Assembly (NCBI GenBank): GCA_023957335.1
Contig: JAMLHC010000002.1
Coordinates: 322,809-386,808, forward strand
Source: Bacteroidota bacterium
GTDB taxonomy: Bacteria > Bacteroidota > Bacteroidia > NS11-12g > UBA955
DNA: 64,000 bases
Reading direction: 5' to 3'
Position 1 is the stretch's first letter, and each line of letters begins with the position of its first letter. The notes beneath the pieces were generated by a model. It was given only the letters and a program-made list of their open reading frames with translations. It had not been told where the DNA came from and ran no database searches. The position numbers and the translations under genes were made by a program. Of the stretch, positions 1 through 9,036 are shown one piece after another.

Positions 1-68
1 TTTATATTGCCAATAACATCTCCTATGTTACCACCGGAAAGAATACAATACAAATTGGTTTTTGACAT
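1..68 (-). CDS. 5' end of a gene running off the window start (N-terminus MSKTNLYCILSGGNIGDVIGNIK...). The SGGNIGD motif is weakly reminiscent of the HPPK (folK) N-terminus.
   Basis: ATG on the minus strand at 66-68, open to the window edge. Only 22 codons are visible. Confidence 0.2.
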   Translation of the reverse strand, partial: MSKTNLYCILSGGNIGDVIGNI

Positions 69-89
69 ATTTATTTTACCTTTGCCACT

Positions 90-467
90 ATGCAACACTA
101 TGTTTATGCAGAGATTTCAACCTTCCTTTATGTGATTTTCGGAATATTGTACTTACTCTATAAGTACTCTGCTTCCAAAAAAGGAAAGGAGAAAAACACC
201 CCCAAACATTCGCATCCAAAAGTAGAAATTTTAGAGCAACTTGAAGAGTTACTTAAGAAAAAATCAAGTATTAAGATAGACCCCATACCTGCCCCCATAG
301 CTCCACCCATTTATAACTATCAGAAAACGCCACAAAAAAAACCTATCAGTCAAAATCTGGATCTCGTTGATATTGATGAGCAAGACAATAGTGACGGGAG
401 TATTATGGGAGTTTCAGCCAAAGAAGCAATTATCTTATCTGAAATTTTGAAAAGACCTGAGTATTGA
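90..467 (+). CDS. hypothetical protein with one N-terminal TM helix and a Pro-rich linker
   Basis: ORF track. The hydrophobic stretch FLYVIFGILYLLY is the TM helix. No recognisable family. Confidence 0.3.
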   Translation: MQHYVYAEISTFLYVIFGILYLLYKYSASKKGKEKNTPKHSHPKVEILEQLEELLKKKSSIKIDPIPAPIAPPIYNYQKTPQKKPISQNLDLVDIDEQDNSDGSIMGVSAKEAIILSEILKRPEY

Positions 468-474
468 AATTGAA

Positions 475-1200
475 TTAATCAAAAAATAACTCACCTTTCA
501 TTGGCTTAATATCTTTGAAATCAAACAAATAACTGATATTTAAACCCAAATAACCACCGGAATACCCCATTTCAAAAAGCGGTGTATGCGAATTCTTATC
601 ATTGATTACATTGAGCGTCATAGGAGAACCTAATCCTCTTTTGTAAAGAACTCCAATCGTAAAACAATGACCGCTTTCAAACTCACGCATATACTCCACT
701 CCTAAATTCAAACTATATGAAATTCGTTGATGGATAAAAGCTTCCACCGCAAAAGGATTATCCGGTGAAGAGCGCGAAAAGGTTACTTTATCTTTGTTTT
801 GATTCACAAAAGTGCTCATGCCAACCAATTCTCTCATTGAAGATTGCTTGTTCATTGGCTGTCTCAAATAAAACCCAAGGGGTATTTCAAACCCCCATAC
901 ATTCCCTCTAATATATTCATTAATAGGATTGTCATAATTGACAATTGTATAACTTTTTGAAGACAATAAAAAACCGGTATGTAACGCAAAACCTCCATTT
1001 AAACCGTATTGCGCCATTATTCCCCCCACCAAACCGGCTGCATTTTTTCTATTATAATCCTTTGGCAAAGGATCCATCAAGCTGACTCTTGAAAGATTGG
1101 GAGTAATTGCCAAACCGGCTCTAAATCCTTTTTGTGAATATGTGTTATAGGAAAACACAAATGCTAAAACAGAAAGTAGCAATAACTTGCGATTGGTCAT
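475..1200 (-). CDS. outer-membrane beta-barrel protein (PorT / OMP_b-brl_2-like)
   Basis: Start reassigned to the internal M (MTNRKLLLLSVLAFVFSYNTYSQ), which gives a signal peptide. The body has alternating aromatic/hydrophobic beta-strand pattern and a C-terminal F. Confidence 0.5.
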   Translation of the reverse strand: MTNRKLLLLSVLAFVFSYNTYSQKGFRAGLAITPNLSRVSLMDPLPKDYNRKNAAGLVGGIMAQYGLNGGFALHTGFLLSSKSYTIVNYDNPINEYIRGNVWGFEIPLGFYLRQPMNKQSSMRELVGMSTFVNQNKDKVTFSRSSPDNPFAVEAFIHQRISYSLNLGVEYMREFESGHCFTIGVLYKRGLGSPMTLNVINDKNSHTPLFEMGYSGGYLGLNISYLFDFKDIKPMKGELFFD

Positions 1201-1293
1201 GGGTTCAAAAATAAGATTTTTATCGGTACGAATAGTAACGGAAGATTCATGCAGAAAGTGGTCTGATACAATTCTAATCACTACTTTTGCAAT

Positions 1294-2310
1294 ATGGCTC
1301 TAACAACCACAAAGCTCCTGTTAACTTTTCATAATATTTTTAAAAACAATATTGATAATTCTGACTTGTTCAAAAGAGCAGAAATAGCTAATCCCTGGTT
1401 CACTGAGCGCAACTGCAAAATTACTTTCCAATCGTGGATGAAAGCATTAGATGACGCGAATGCTCAACAATGGTGTACACAAGAAAACCTTAGCTTAGAA
1501 ATCAAACACTCTAACAAAAAAGTAGGATTGATTTTAGCCGGAAATATACCACTGGTCGGCTTGCATGACATCATTTGTTCTTTAATAATGGGATATGCTA
1601 TAGTTGTAAAACCTTCAACGCAAGACTGCGTTCTCATCAAATGGATGCTTGCAGAAATCATCAAGGCATTACCCGAATTAAAAGATGCGATTGAATTAAG
1701 CGATGGTTTTGTAAAAAACGCAGATGCATATATTGGAACCGGCAGTAATAACAGTGCTAGATACTTTGAATATTACTTCAAAAGCAAACCAAACCTAATC
1801 AGAAAAAACAGGACATCAGTAGCCATTATTTATAATACGATTACAGACAAGGAGGCGGAAGCATTAGGAAAAGACATTTTCAGCTATTTTGGTATGGGAT
1901 GTAGAAATGTTACTCACCTCTACCTCCCTCAAGATTTTCAATTTGAGAGATTGATAAATCAATGGGAGTCATACAGTGAGTTAATCCATCATAATAAATA
2001 CGCAAATAACTATACCTATCACAAAGCCATTCTTTTGATGAACCTTGACAAACATCTTGACACAGGCTATTTGATTTTGGTAGAGAGAGAGCAAATACAA
2101 TCTCCGGTTGCGCTTCTTTCTTATAGCTTCTACGATAAAAAAGAGGTTGTTTTAGAAAAGATTCAAATCGAAAAAGACAACATACAATGTATTGTAACAA
2201 ATGATATATCTATCGCAGACAATGCGGTTTTGTTCGGACAAACACAAGAGCCTATGTTATGGGACTATGCAGATAGCATTAACACAATAGACTTTCTTCG
2301 AAACATTTAA
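1294..2310 (+). CDS. LuxC-like acyl-CoA reductase family protein
   Basis: GLILAGNIPLVGLHDIICSLIMGYAIVVKPS block and a length of about 340 aa, typical of Bacteroidota acyl-CoA reductase (LuxC) homologues. Confidence 0.5.
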   Translation: MALTTTKLLLTFHNIFKNNIDNSDLFKRAEIANPWFTERNCKITFQSWMKALDDANAQQWCTQENLSLEIKHSNKKVGLILAGNIPLVGLHDIICSLIMGYAIVVKPSTQDCVLIKWMLAEIIKALPELKDAIELSDGFVKNADAYIGTGSNNSARYFEYYFKSKPNLIRKNRTSVAIIYNTITDKEAEALGKDIFSYFGMGCRNVTHLYLPQDFQFERLINQWESYSELIHHNKYANNYTYHKAILLMNLDKHLDTGYLILVEREQIQSPVALLSYSFYDKKEVVLEKIQIEKDNIQCIVTNDISIADNAVLFGQTQEPMLWDYADSINTIDFLRNI

Positions 2311-2849
2311 AAAGGAGAAACAAAATCCTTAAACAAAGGTAATTTAGCATCTTTATCAGACACAATCGGTGTATCAACATTCCATTGAATATTTAAGTCA
2401 GAATCATTCCAATAGATGCCGCCTTCGGTCTCCGGATAATAGAAATCAGAGCATTTATACTGAAAAACTGTATAATCCTCTAAAGTTGCAAAACCGTGTG
2501 CAAAACCGCGCGGGATATACATCATCAATTTATTTTGTTCGGATAATTCAGCTGCAAACACCTTCCCGTATGTCTTGCTTCCACTTCTAATATCAACTGC
2601 AACATCGAGTACCCTACCCTTCACCACCCTCACCAGTTTTGCTTGTGGATGCGGGTCTTTTTGGAAATGCAATCCCCTGACAGCACCCTTCATACTCATA
2701 GATTGATTATCTTGCACGAAATTGTCAACAATTCCATTTTTCACAAAAACTTCTCGGTTATAGCTTTCAAAAAAATAGCCTCTTGCATCCTCAAAAATTC
2801 GAGGTTCTATGAGTAGCAATCCATCAATCCCAGTTTCGATAACTTTCAT
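2307..2849 (-). CDS. rfbC: dTDP-4-dehydrorhamnose 3,5-epimerase
   Basis: MKVIETGIDGLLLIEPRIFEDARGYFFESY... with the RmlC cupin motifs. 180 aa. Confidence 0.9.
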   Translation of the reverse strand: MKVIETGIDGLLLIEPRIFEDARGYFFESYNREVFVKNGIVDNFVQDNQSMSMKGAVRGLHFQKDPHPQAKLVRVVKGRVLDVAVDIRSGSKTYGKVFAAELSEQNKLMMYIPRGFAHGFATLEDYTVFQYKCSDFYYPETEGGIYWNDSDLNIQWNVDTPIVSDKDAKLPLFKDFVSPF

Positions 2850-2923
2850 TCAAGGTCTCAAAATTAAGTTTTAATCACAAGAAATTCAGATAGTTTTACA
2901 CTAATTGCCAACCCTAATAAATG

Positions 2924-2946
2924 AAAAAGCCCCGACAAAGCGGGGC
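2924..2946 (-). terminator. rho-independent terminator of the rplU-rpmA operon
   Basis: On the minus strand: GCCCCG-CTTTGT-CGGGGC followed by TTTTT, immediately 3' of rpmA. Confidence 0.6.
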
Positions 2947-2987
2947 AATTCCAAACCATTAACTTTAAACTATGAAAACTTTCTTAA

Positions 2988-3242
2988 TTAATTCTGAACA
3001 ACAGAAACAAAACTTCTGTCATTCTTTTTCTTCGTAAAAGTTACAATTCCATCAGTTAAAGCGAATAATGTATGGTCTTTACCTATACCTACATTCTCAC
3101 CCGGGTGATGAACTGTACCTCTTTGACGAACTATAATATTGCCGGCTTTGGCTATTTGGCCACCGTACAATTTCACACCAAGTCGCTTACTGTGCGACTC
3201 TCTTCCATTATCCGAACTACCTGCTCCTTTCTTATGTGCCAT
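2988..3242 (-). CDS. rpmA: 50S ribosomal protein L27
   Basis: [10 protein letters not shown]...[13 protein letters not shown] is the canonical L27 sequence. Confidence 0.95.
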   Translation of the reverse strand: MAHKKGAGSSDNGRESHSKRLGVKLYGGQIAKAGNIIVRQRGTVHHPGENVGIGKDHTLFALTDGIVTFTKKKNDRSFVSVVQN

Positions 3243-3257
3243 TTCTCTTTAAATTTC

Positions 3258-3569
3258 TTAGATGTTAATTGCTTCCACTTTAATCTTAGATAACTGCTGT
3301 CTATGACCATTCAGTTTTTTGTAACCTTTTCTGCGTTTTTTCTTGAATACAAGAACTTTATCGCCTTGCACATGCTCAATAACAGAAGCTTTTACTGAAG
3401 CACCTTTAATTGTTGGAGAACCAACTTTGATTTTTCCTTCATTATCAATTAAAAGCACATTACTAAAATCTACAGTTGAACCTGCTTCATTATCCAATCT
3501 ATGAACAAATAATGACTGATCTTTTTGCACTTTGAATTGTTGACCTGCTATTTCTACGATTGCGTACAT
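3258..3569 (-). CDS. rplU: 50S ribosomal protein L21
   Basis: MYAIVEIAGQQFKV... is the canonical L21 N-terminus. The start was moved to the internal ATG at 3567-3569; the upstream extension in the ORF track is spurious. Confidence 0.9.
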   Translation of the reverse strand: MYAIVEIAGQQFKVQKDQSLFVHRLDNEAGSTVDFSNVLLIDNEGKIKVGSPTIKGASVKASVIEHVQGDKVLVFKKKRRKGYKKLNGHRQQLSKIKVEAINI

Positions 3570-3687
3570 TACTCTTGTTTTGAGGGGTGCAAATATAAAA
3601 CAATTTTTTTCAAACACAAACTAATTTTTATTTTCTTTTTTGGTTATTCCATTCTCATCGAAAGATATAATCTATGTATAAAAAACT

Positions 3688-4050
3688 ATGACAGCGGTCA
3701 ATAAACTCCATACCTTTGCAGTTCACTCTACTTGTATGCTTCTCCGCAAAAAAAATCCCAAGCTGACAGATGTCACAACAGTTGAAATCCATGTATTTGG
3801 TTTTGTTCAAGGGGTTTATTATAGAAAATTCACAAAAGAAATTGCCATCAAGCTCAATATCAAAGGCTGGGTAAAGAACTTAGACGATGGTTCTGTCTTA
3901 ATTATGGCAAGTGGCGAGCAAAATTCTATTGAACTTTTTATTGAAAAATGCAAGGAAGGGAATATTTGGAGTAAGGTTTCAAAGGTTGAAGTAACACCTG
4001 CGCAAAATGCAAAACCCTTTACCAATTACGTTATTATCAGAAAAGTATAG
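3688..4050 (+). CDS. acyP: acylphosphatase
   Basis: VFGFVQGVYYRKF...GWVKNLDDGSV matches the acylphosphatase signature. The true start may be the second ATG at 3736. Confidence 0.75.
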   Translation: MTAVNKLHTFAVHSTCMLLRKKNPKLTDVTTVEIHVFGFVQGVYYRKFTKEIAIKLNIKGWVKNLDDGSVLIMASGEQNSIELFIEKCKEGNIWSKVSKVEVTPAQNAKPFTNYVIIRKV

Positions 4051-4055
4051 ATTCT

Positions 4056-4529
4056 TCACTCATGGTGGTAGGGTAATTGCTTTTGAATAGTAAAAGCTCT
4101 ATATAATTGTTCGCAAAAAACAGCTCTGACCATTTGATGGTTAAAAGTCATGGCAGAAAGTGACAATGCAAAATCCTTGCGCTTATAAATGTTGTTTGAA
4201 AATCCATAAGCTCCACCAATTAGGAAAACTATCCTACCTCTCGCATTAATCATCCAATTTTGAAGTTTATCGGCTAAACCAATGGATGATAGTTGCTTGC
4301 CATTTTCGTCCAGAATCACAACAAAATCATCTTTTTTTATACTCCCTAAAAACATCTCCCCTTCCTTTTCCATCAATATTTCGCGGTTTAAATTACCGGC
4401 ATTCTTTACATCGGGGAGTACGAGCATTTCAAACTTGCAAAACCTAGACAATCTCATTGAATATTCATCAATTAGAGGCTGTACCCCTGCCAGGTTAGTT
4501 TTTCCAATAAAGCCTAATAAAATTTGCAA
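4056..4529 (-). CDS. rlmH: 23S rRNA (pseudouridine1915-N3)-methyltransferase RlmH
   Basis: SPOUT-family RlmH signature LIGGAYGF near the C-terminus. 157 aa. Confidence 0.85.
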   Translation of the reverse strand: MQILLGFIGKTNLAGVQPLIDEYSMRLSRFCKFEMLVLPDVKNAGNLNREILMEKEGEMFLGSIKKDDFVVILDENGKQLSSIGLADKLQNWMINARGRIVFLIGGAYGFSNNIYKRKDFALSLSAMTFNHQMVRAVFCEQLYRAFTIQKQLPYHHE

Positions 4530-4538
4530 TATTCTTAA

Positions 4539-5522
4539 TTAATTGGAAAGTATCTTAAACAGTTCATCCAAATTGGGTGTCAAGATGATTTCAGTTCTTC
4601 GGTTCATGGCACGTGCTTCAGGAGTTTTTAAAGGATTAAGAGGAAAATATTCACCTCTACCCGAAGCAATAATTCGTTTTGGCTCTATTTTCCCATCATC
4701 GGTAAGTATTCTCACAATAGAAGTAGCACGCAATACACTCAAGTCCCAATTATCCTTCACATAGCTTCCTTTAAGAATAGGCACATCGTCTGTGTGTCCT
4801 TCTACCATTATAGTAACATCTTGCTGTTCCATTAACACTTTTGCCAACTCAAGCAATGCTTTTTTCCCTTGCGGATCCACTTCAATACTACCTGACTTGA
4901 ATAAAAGTTTCTCCTGCATAGAAACATATACCTTACCATTTTTTACTTCAACAGTCAAACCGTTATTTTGAAAATCAAAGAGTGCTTTTTGCATTTTATC
5001 TTTAAGTACCAAAACAGTAGAATCTTTGGCACGCAAAATTCTTTCAAGCTCCATCACTCTGGCTTCTCTCTTTGCCAAATCAGCTTCCAAAGATTTTATT
5101 CTAAGTTCTGTATTGCGTAATTGTTCCTCTTTGTGCATCACATCTAACTCTCTTTGTTTAAGCAAATCTGACGTTTCAAGCAAGTCCCGCTTTGTTCTAT
5201 CCTGTTCATCTCTTGAATTTGCAATGATTCTTTGTTGCAAATCTTGCAGATCATTATAGAGTTTCTTAGTTCTTTCTAAAGCCATATAACATTCAGCAGA
5301 ATCTATCCTTAATGATGCAATATCCTTTCTGAGACGTTCCGCATTCTCTCTTTCAGCCATTAACTGAGTTTCAGCTTCTGCCAAACTTGACTGATACTTG
5401 TCGCGTTTTTGAACGCACTCATCATACTGGGTTTTGAGTTCAGAATATTTCCTTTCAGACACGCAACCCACAACAATCATGGACAATACAACAAACAAAG
5501 ACGATAATTTTAGCACTTTCAT
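4539..5522 (-). CDS. OmpA-family protein with a long coiled-coil
   Basis: C-terminal OmpA/MotB peptidoglycan-binding domain (VEGHTDDVP...NRRTEI) preceded by roughly 200 aa rich in E/K/R/L heptads. Start placed at MKVLKLSSLFVV, which gives a signal/lipobox-like N-terminus. Confidence 0.8.
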   Translation of the reverse strand: MKVLKLSSLFVVLSMIVVGCVSERKYSELKTQYDECVQKRDKYQSSLAEAETQLMAERENAERLRKDIASLRIDSAECYMALERTKKLYNDLQDLQQRIIANSRDEQDRTKRDLLETSDLLKQRELDVMHKEEQLRNTELRIKSLEADLAKREARVMELERILRAKDSTVLVLKDKMQKALFDFQNNGLTVEVKNGKVYVSMQEKLLFKSGSIEVDPQGKKALLELAKVLMEQQDVTIMVEGHTDDVPILKGSYVKDNWDLSVLRATSIVRILTDDGKIEPKRIIASGRGEYFPLNPLKTPEARAMNRRTEIILTPNLDELFKILSN

Positions 5523-5656
5523 AAACTTCGATTTAGCCCACGAAAGTACAATATCATGAAATTGCAAGGGGTAATTTAACCTAATCTAAACGGATTAGTT
5601 ATAAAGAACTGTTTATAATAACAGACATACAGCAGTAGAATGCAAAGTGACATATA

Positions 5657-5690
5657 TAAAAAAAGGTTGCCATTGCAGACAACCTTTTTT
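5657..5690. terminator. A-tract / hairpin / T-tract bidirectional terminator
   Basis: AAAAAAGGTTG-ccattgcaga-CAACCTTTTTT. Reading the minus strand it lies directly 3' of tRNA-Leu. Confidence 0.5.
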
Positions 5691-5696
5691 GTTCAG

Positions 5697-5780
5697 TACC
5701 CGGGACCGGGGTCGAACCGGTATGAGTGTTACCTCACTGGTGTTTGAGACCAGCGCGTCTACCAATTCCGCCACCCGGGC
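5697..5780 (-). tRNA. tRNA-Leu (anticodon CAA), class II with long variable arm
   Basis: Folded by hand. Acceptor GCCCGGG/CCCGGGT. D-arm GCGG-AATTGGTAGA. Anticodon stem CTGGT/ACCAG with loop CTCAAAC. Variable arm TGAG..CTCA. T-arm ACCGG-TTCGACC-CCGGT. No CCA is encoded. Confidence 0.85.
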
Positions 5781-5860
5781 ATATCCTTGTAAACAGGGCT
5801 GCGAAAATAGTATTTGAATTCATTTTAACAAAAAATATCTTTGCAGTAAAATTTACCTGA

Positions 5861-6856
5861 TTGGGCAAACAACTCCTCATATTATTAGGCGGCATTTTTT
5901 GCTGTATTTTTCTGATTGAAATCATACTTAAGATATTCAACCCTTTTATCACCTCAAGCAATGCAGATAATTCAAGTTATTGGAACTCAGCTCCCAACTA
6001 TATCTTAGAAATAAAACCTGAACATTTCAAAAAAAAGAATATCCTGTTTTTTCTAAGTACATCTTCTAACGATAGTTTACACAACTCTCTTTGGATTCAA
6101 AGATTAATGCAAGAAAAGTCAAACGAAAATTATGTTCAACTTGCGGACATTACTATTAATGATAAATTCCTAAACAATATCACATCTCTGAAAGACTATC
6201 TTGAGAAATATACCCCAAACACACTTGTTTTAGAAATAGACCCGGCTATCATCATAGATTTTGTTGATGTTCCTAATTATCATTTTGACAATGACAACAC
6301 CAACAATCTTTTATACGCAAGGAATTCAGAAATTCTACATTCATTTAAGGCATTATTTTCACAAACTTATGATGATACCATAGTTAAATTTAACGCTTCA
6401 AAAACCTCTATTGGATACAAAGATACATCCCCCGTATTAGACAGTAAAATTCTATCTAAAGCCACGGCTATGTCAGATTTATTAGTGCGCAACATTATTT
6501 CGCTTCACCACTTTTGCAAGAAACGAGGGATTAGACTCATTATTGTTCCTTCGCCTATTCTATGGCGAGCTTCTGACATCAATGACCGCTACAGCAGACT
6601 ACCTCTTAATAAAATTACACTTACTCACGAAACTCCAACATCTTGGTACGCAGAACTGTATTACTTGATGCTGAAGAGAATAGAAAAAAAACTACCCACA
6701 AGTATAACCTGGATTGAATTATACAAAAACTTTCCCTCTGACAGTCGTTTCTTTCATGATGGTCTCAGACTAAATGACTCCGGACAAGTTTTTTTTAGTC
6801 AAATGTATATTGGAAGATCCCAACTTATAAGAGAATATAGGGAACTTTTCAATTAA
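5861..6856 (+). CDS. hypothetical membrane-anchored protein (possible degenerate SGNH/AlgX-like fold)
   Basis: N-terminal TM helix (LLILLGGIFCCIFLIEIIL). C-terminal FFHDGLRLNDSG resembles SGNH block V but lacks the His. Confidence 0.4.
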   Translation: MGKQLLILLGGIFCCIFLIEIILKIFNPFITSSNADNSSYWNSAPNYILEIKPEHFKKKNILFFLSTSSNDSLHNSLWIQRLMQEKSNENYVQLADITINDKFLNNITSLKDYLEKYTPNTLVLEIDPAIIIDFVDVPNYHFDNDNTNNLLYARNSEILHSFKALFSQTYDDTIVKFNASKTSIGYKDTSPVLDSKILSKATAMSDLLVRNIISLHHFCKKRGIRLIIVPSPILWRASDINDRYSRLPLNKITLTHETPTSWYAELYYLMLKRIEKKLPTSITWIELYKNFPSDSRFFHDGLRLNDSGQVFFSQMYIGRSQLIREYRELFN

Positions 6857-6916
6857 AATCTATACAAACCGACATTCAATTAATAGTTTATCAGGCTTAC
6901 CTTTGCACCCCTTCAA

Positions 6917-8350
6917 ATGCGAATCGAACTCTCCGGCATAATCATAGACAAACTCAAAGACACAAGCAAACAAACCTTGCAACCCGCATGGCTGATTGGC
7001 GGTTATGTGCGCGATTTATTACTCCAAAGAGAGTGTAAGGATATGGATGTGGTTGTTTTAGGTAGTGGAATTGAGTTTGCTAAACGTTTTGCAGAAAATT
7101 TAGAAGAAAATGTTAGCGTATCATATTTCAAGAATTTTGGCACTGCACAAGTAAAATACGAAGATTTTGAAATTGAATTTGTAGGTGCTCGCAAAGAAAG
7201 CTATCAGAGAGATTCGAGGAAACCATTTGTAGAAGACGGAACATTGGAAGACGATCAAAAAAGAAGAGATTTCACAATTAACACACTTTCTATCTCACTA
7301 AATGAAGCGGATGCAGGCGAATTGTTTGACCCATTTGAAGGTTTAAAAGATTTAGAAGATAAAATCATTCGCACCCCTCTAGACCCTGATAAAACATTCA
7401 GTGATGACCCTTTACGAATGATGCGCGCCATTCGATTTGCAGCGCAACTTGGTTTTGAGATTGAAGAAAAGACGCTCAATAGCATTGCCAAAAATAAAGA
7501 GCGTATTCAAATCATTTCGGGCGAAAGAATTATTTCTGAATTAAATAAGATTATTTTATCAGTCAAACCTTCCGTAGGGTTTAATTACTTATTTGACACG
7601 GGATTATTACATATTATTTTCCCCGAAATGGTTGCCCTACATGGGGTTGAATGGATAAACGGCAAAGGTCATAAAGATAATTTCTATCATACCTTGGCGG
7701 TTTTGGACAATGTTGCAAAACAGTCAGATAACCTATGGTTGCGTTGGGCGGCCATCTTGCATGACATTGCAAAACCTGCTACAAAAAAATTTATTGAGGG
7801 AGATGGCTGGACTTTTCATGGACATGAAGACAAAGGCGCGAGAATGGTAAAACCGCTGTTCAGAAGGATGAAATTACCCTTGAACGAAAAGATGAAATAT
7901 GTAGAAAAACTTGTTTTTTTACACCTGAGACCCATTGCACTTACCAAAGAAACTGTAACGGACTCTGCCGTCAGGAGGCTGATGGTAGAAGCAGGGGAAG
8001 CTATTGAAGACCTCTTAATCTTGTGCCAATCCGATATTACTTCCAAAAATGAAGCTAAAAAGAAGAAGTATCTGGCAAATCTTGAATTGGTAAAACAGAA
8101 GATTGCCGAAGTGGGTGAAAAAGACCGATTAAGAAACTGGCAACCACCCATATCAGGAAATGATATTTTGAATAGTTTCAGCATTTCCGACCCCAAACAG
8201 ATTGGCATTTTGAAAAATAAAATTCGCGAAGCTATTCTTGAAGGCACTATTGAAGACAACAAGACCAAGGCATTTGAGTTTATGATGCGTGAAGGCAAAT
8301 CAATGGGTTTACAAATCACCAACAGCCTCAACACTACTAAAAATAAATAA
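6917..8350 (+). CDS. cca: CCA-adding tRNA nucleotidyltransferase / poly(A) polymerase family protein with HD domain
   Basis: GGYVRDLLL...DMDVVV polymerase-beta head motif, followed by an HD(IG)-type domain (HDIAKP, HGHEDKG). 477 aa. Confidence 0.75.
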   Translation: MRIELSGIIIDKLKDTSKQTLQPAWLIGGYVRDLLLQRECKDMDVVVLGSGIEFAKRFAENLEENVSVSYFKNFGTAQVKYEDFEIEFVGARKESYQRDSRKPFVEDGTLEDDQKRRDFTINTLSISLNEADAGELFDPFEGLKDLEDKIIRTPLDPDKTFSDDPLRMMRAIRFAAQLGFEIEEKTLNSIAKNKERIQIISGERIISELNKIILSVKPSVGFNYLFDTGLLHIIFPEMVALHGVEWINGKGHKDNFYHTLAVLDNVAKQSDNLWLRWAAILHDIAKPATKKFIEGDGWTFHGHEDKGARMVKPLFRRMKLPLNEKMKYVEKLVFLHLRPIALTKETVTDSAVRRLMVEAGEAIEDLLILCQSDITSKNEAKKKKYLANLELVKQKIAEVGEKDRLRNWQPPISGNDILNSFSISDPKQIGILKNKIREAILEGTIEDNKTKAFEFMMREGKSMGLQITNSLNTTKNK

Positions 8351-8378
8351 TTACATTTGACACCCACATTTACAAAAT

Positions 8379-9014
8379 ATGATTTATAGATTTAAAATAT
8401 GGTTTGAAGACGATGATGAAATCATCCGCTGGATTGATATGAAACCCACTCATACATTTAAGGATTTTCACGCAACTATACTCAATGCGATTGAATTTAA
8501 AGACAAAGAGCCTGCTTCCTTTTTTCTTTCCAATGACAAATGGGCAAAAGGATTGGAAATTACATTGGAAGATATGGGTTTTGACGAATCGGATTCTCCC
8601 AAAAACCTAATGAAAGACAGTTTGCTCAAGAGCCATATCAACGACCCTCATCAGAAGTTTATCTATATTAACGATTTCATGCAAATGTGGACACTGATGA
8701 TAGAACTTCAGAATATCATAGCAGAGGATGCAAAGGGAATTACATATCCTCATCTCTATAAATCAGTCGGAAAAGCCCCCAAACAAGAGACCGGGGTTGT
8801 TGATTTCCCGTTGATTGACGGCATGGAATTTGACAATCTTGCCGAACAATTAATCAAAGAAAAAGGCAAACACAGAACAGATGCAGACTTTTCAGAGGAT
8901 TTATCTTTTGATGACGAAGACGATGACGATGACTTTGATGATGAAGATGAAGAAGACAAAGATGAATTTGGTCCTGAGTATGGGGAAGAATATGACGAAG
9001 GCGATCATGCCTAA
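8379..9014 (+). CDS. PRiA4_ORF3-like (IS1096-passenger TnpR-type) domain protein with a poly-acidic C-terminal tail
   Basis: The N-terminal pattern YRFKIWFEDDDEIIRWIDM...FKDFHATILNAIEF resembles the Y.L.V.L....IWRR..VP...TL..LH..IQ pattern of PF07929. The last roughly 50 residues are almost entirely D/E. Confidence 0.4.
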   Translation: MIYRFKIWFEDDDEIIRWIDMKPTHTFKDFHATILNAIEFKDKEPASFFLSNDKWAKGLEITLEDMGFDESDSPKNLMKDSLLKSHINDPHQKFIYINDFMQMWTLMIELQNIIAEDAKGITYPHLYKSVGKAPKQETGVVDFPLIDGMEFDNLAEQLIKEKGKHRTDADFSEDLSFDDEDDDDDFDDEDEEDKDEFGPEYGEEYDEGDHA

Positions 9015-9036
9015 TTTACCCTAAATCTACACCCTA

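Noticed and set aside
8870-9010. GAT/GAA-rich repetitive DNA that looks like a tandem repeat or microsatellite.
   Set aside because: It is in frame inside the 8379-9014 CDS and simply encodes the poly-Asp/Glu tail. It is not an independent repeat element or CRISPR.
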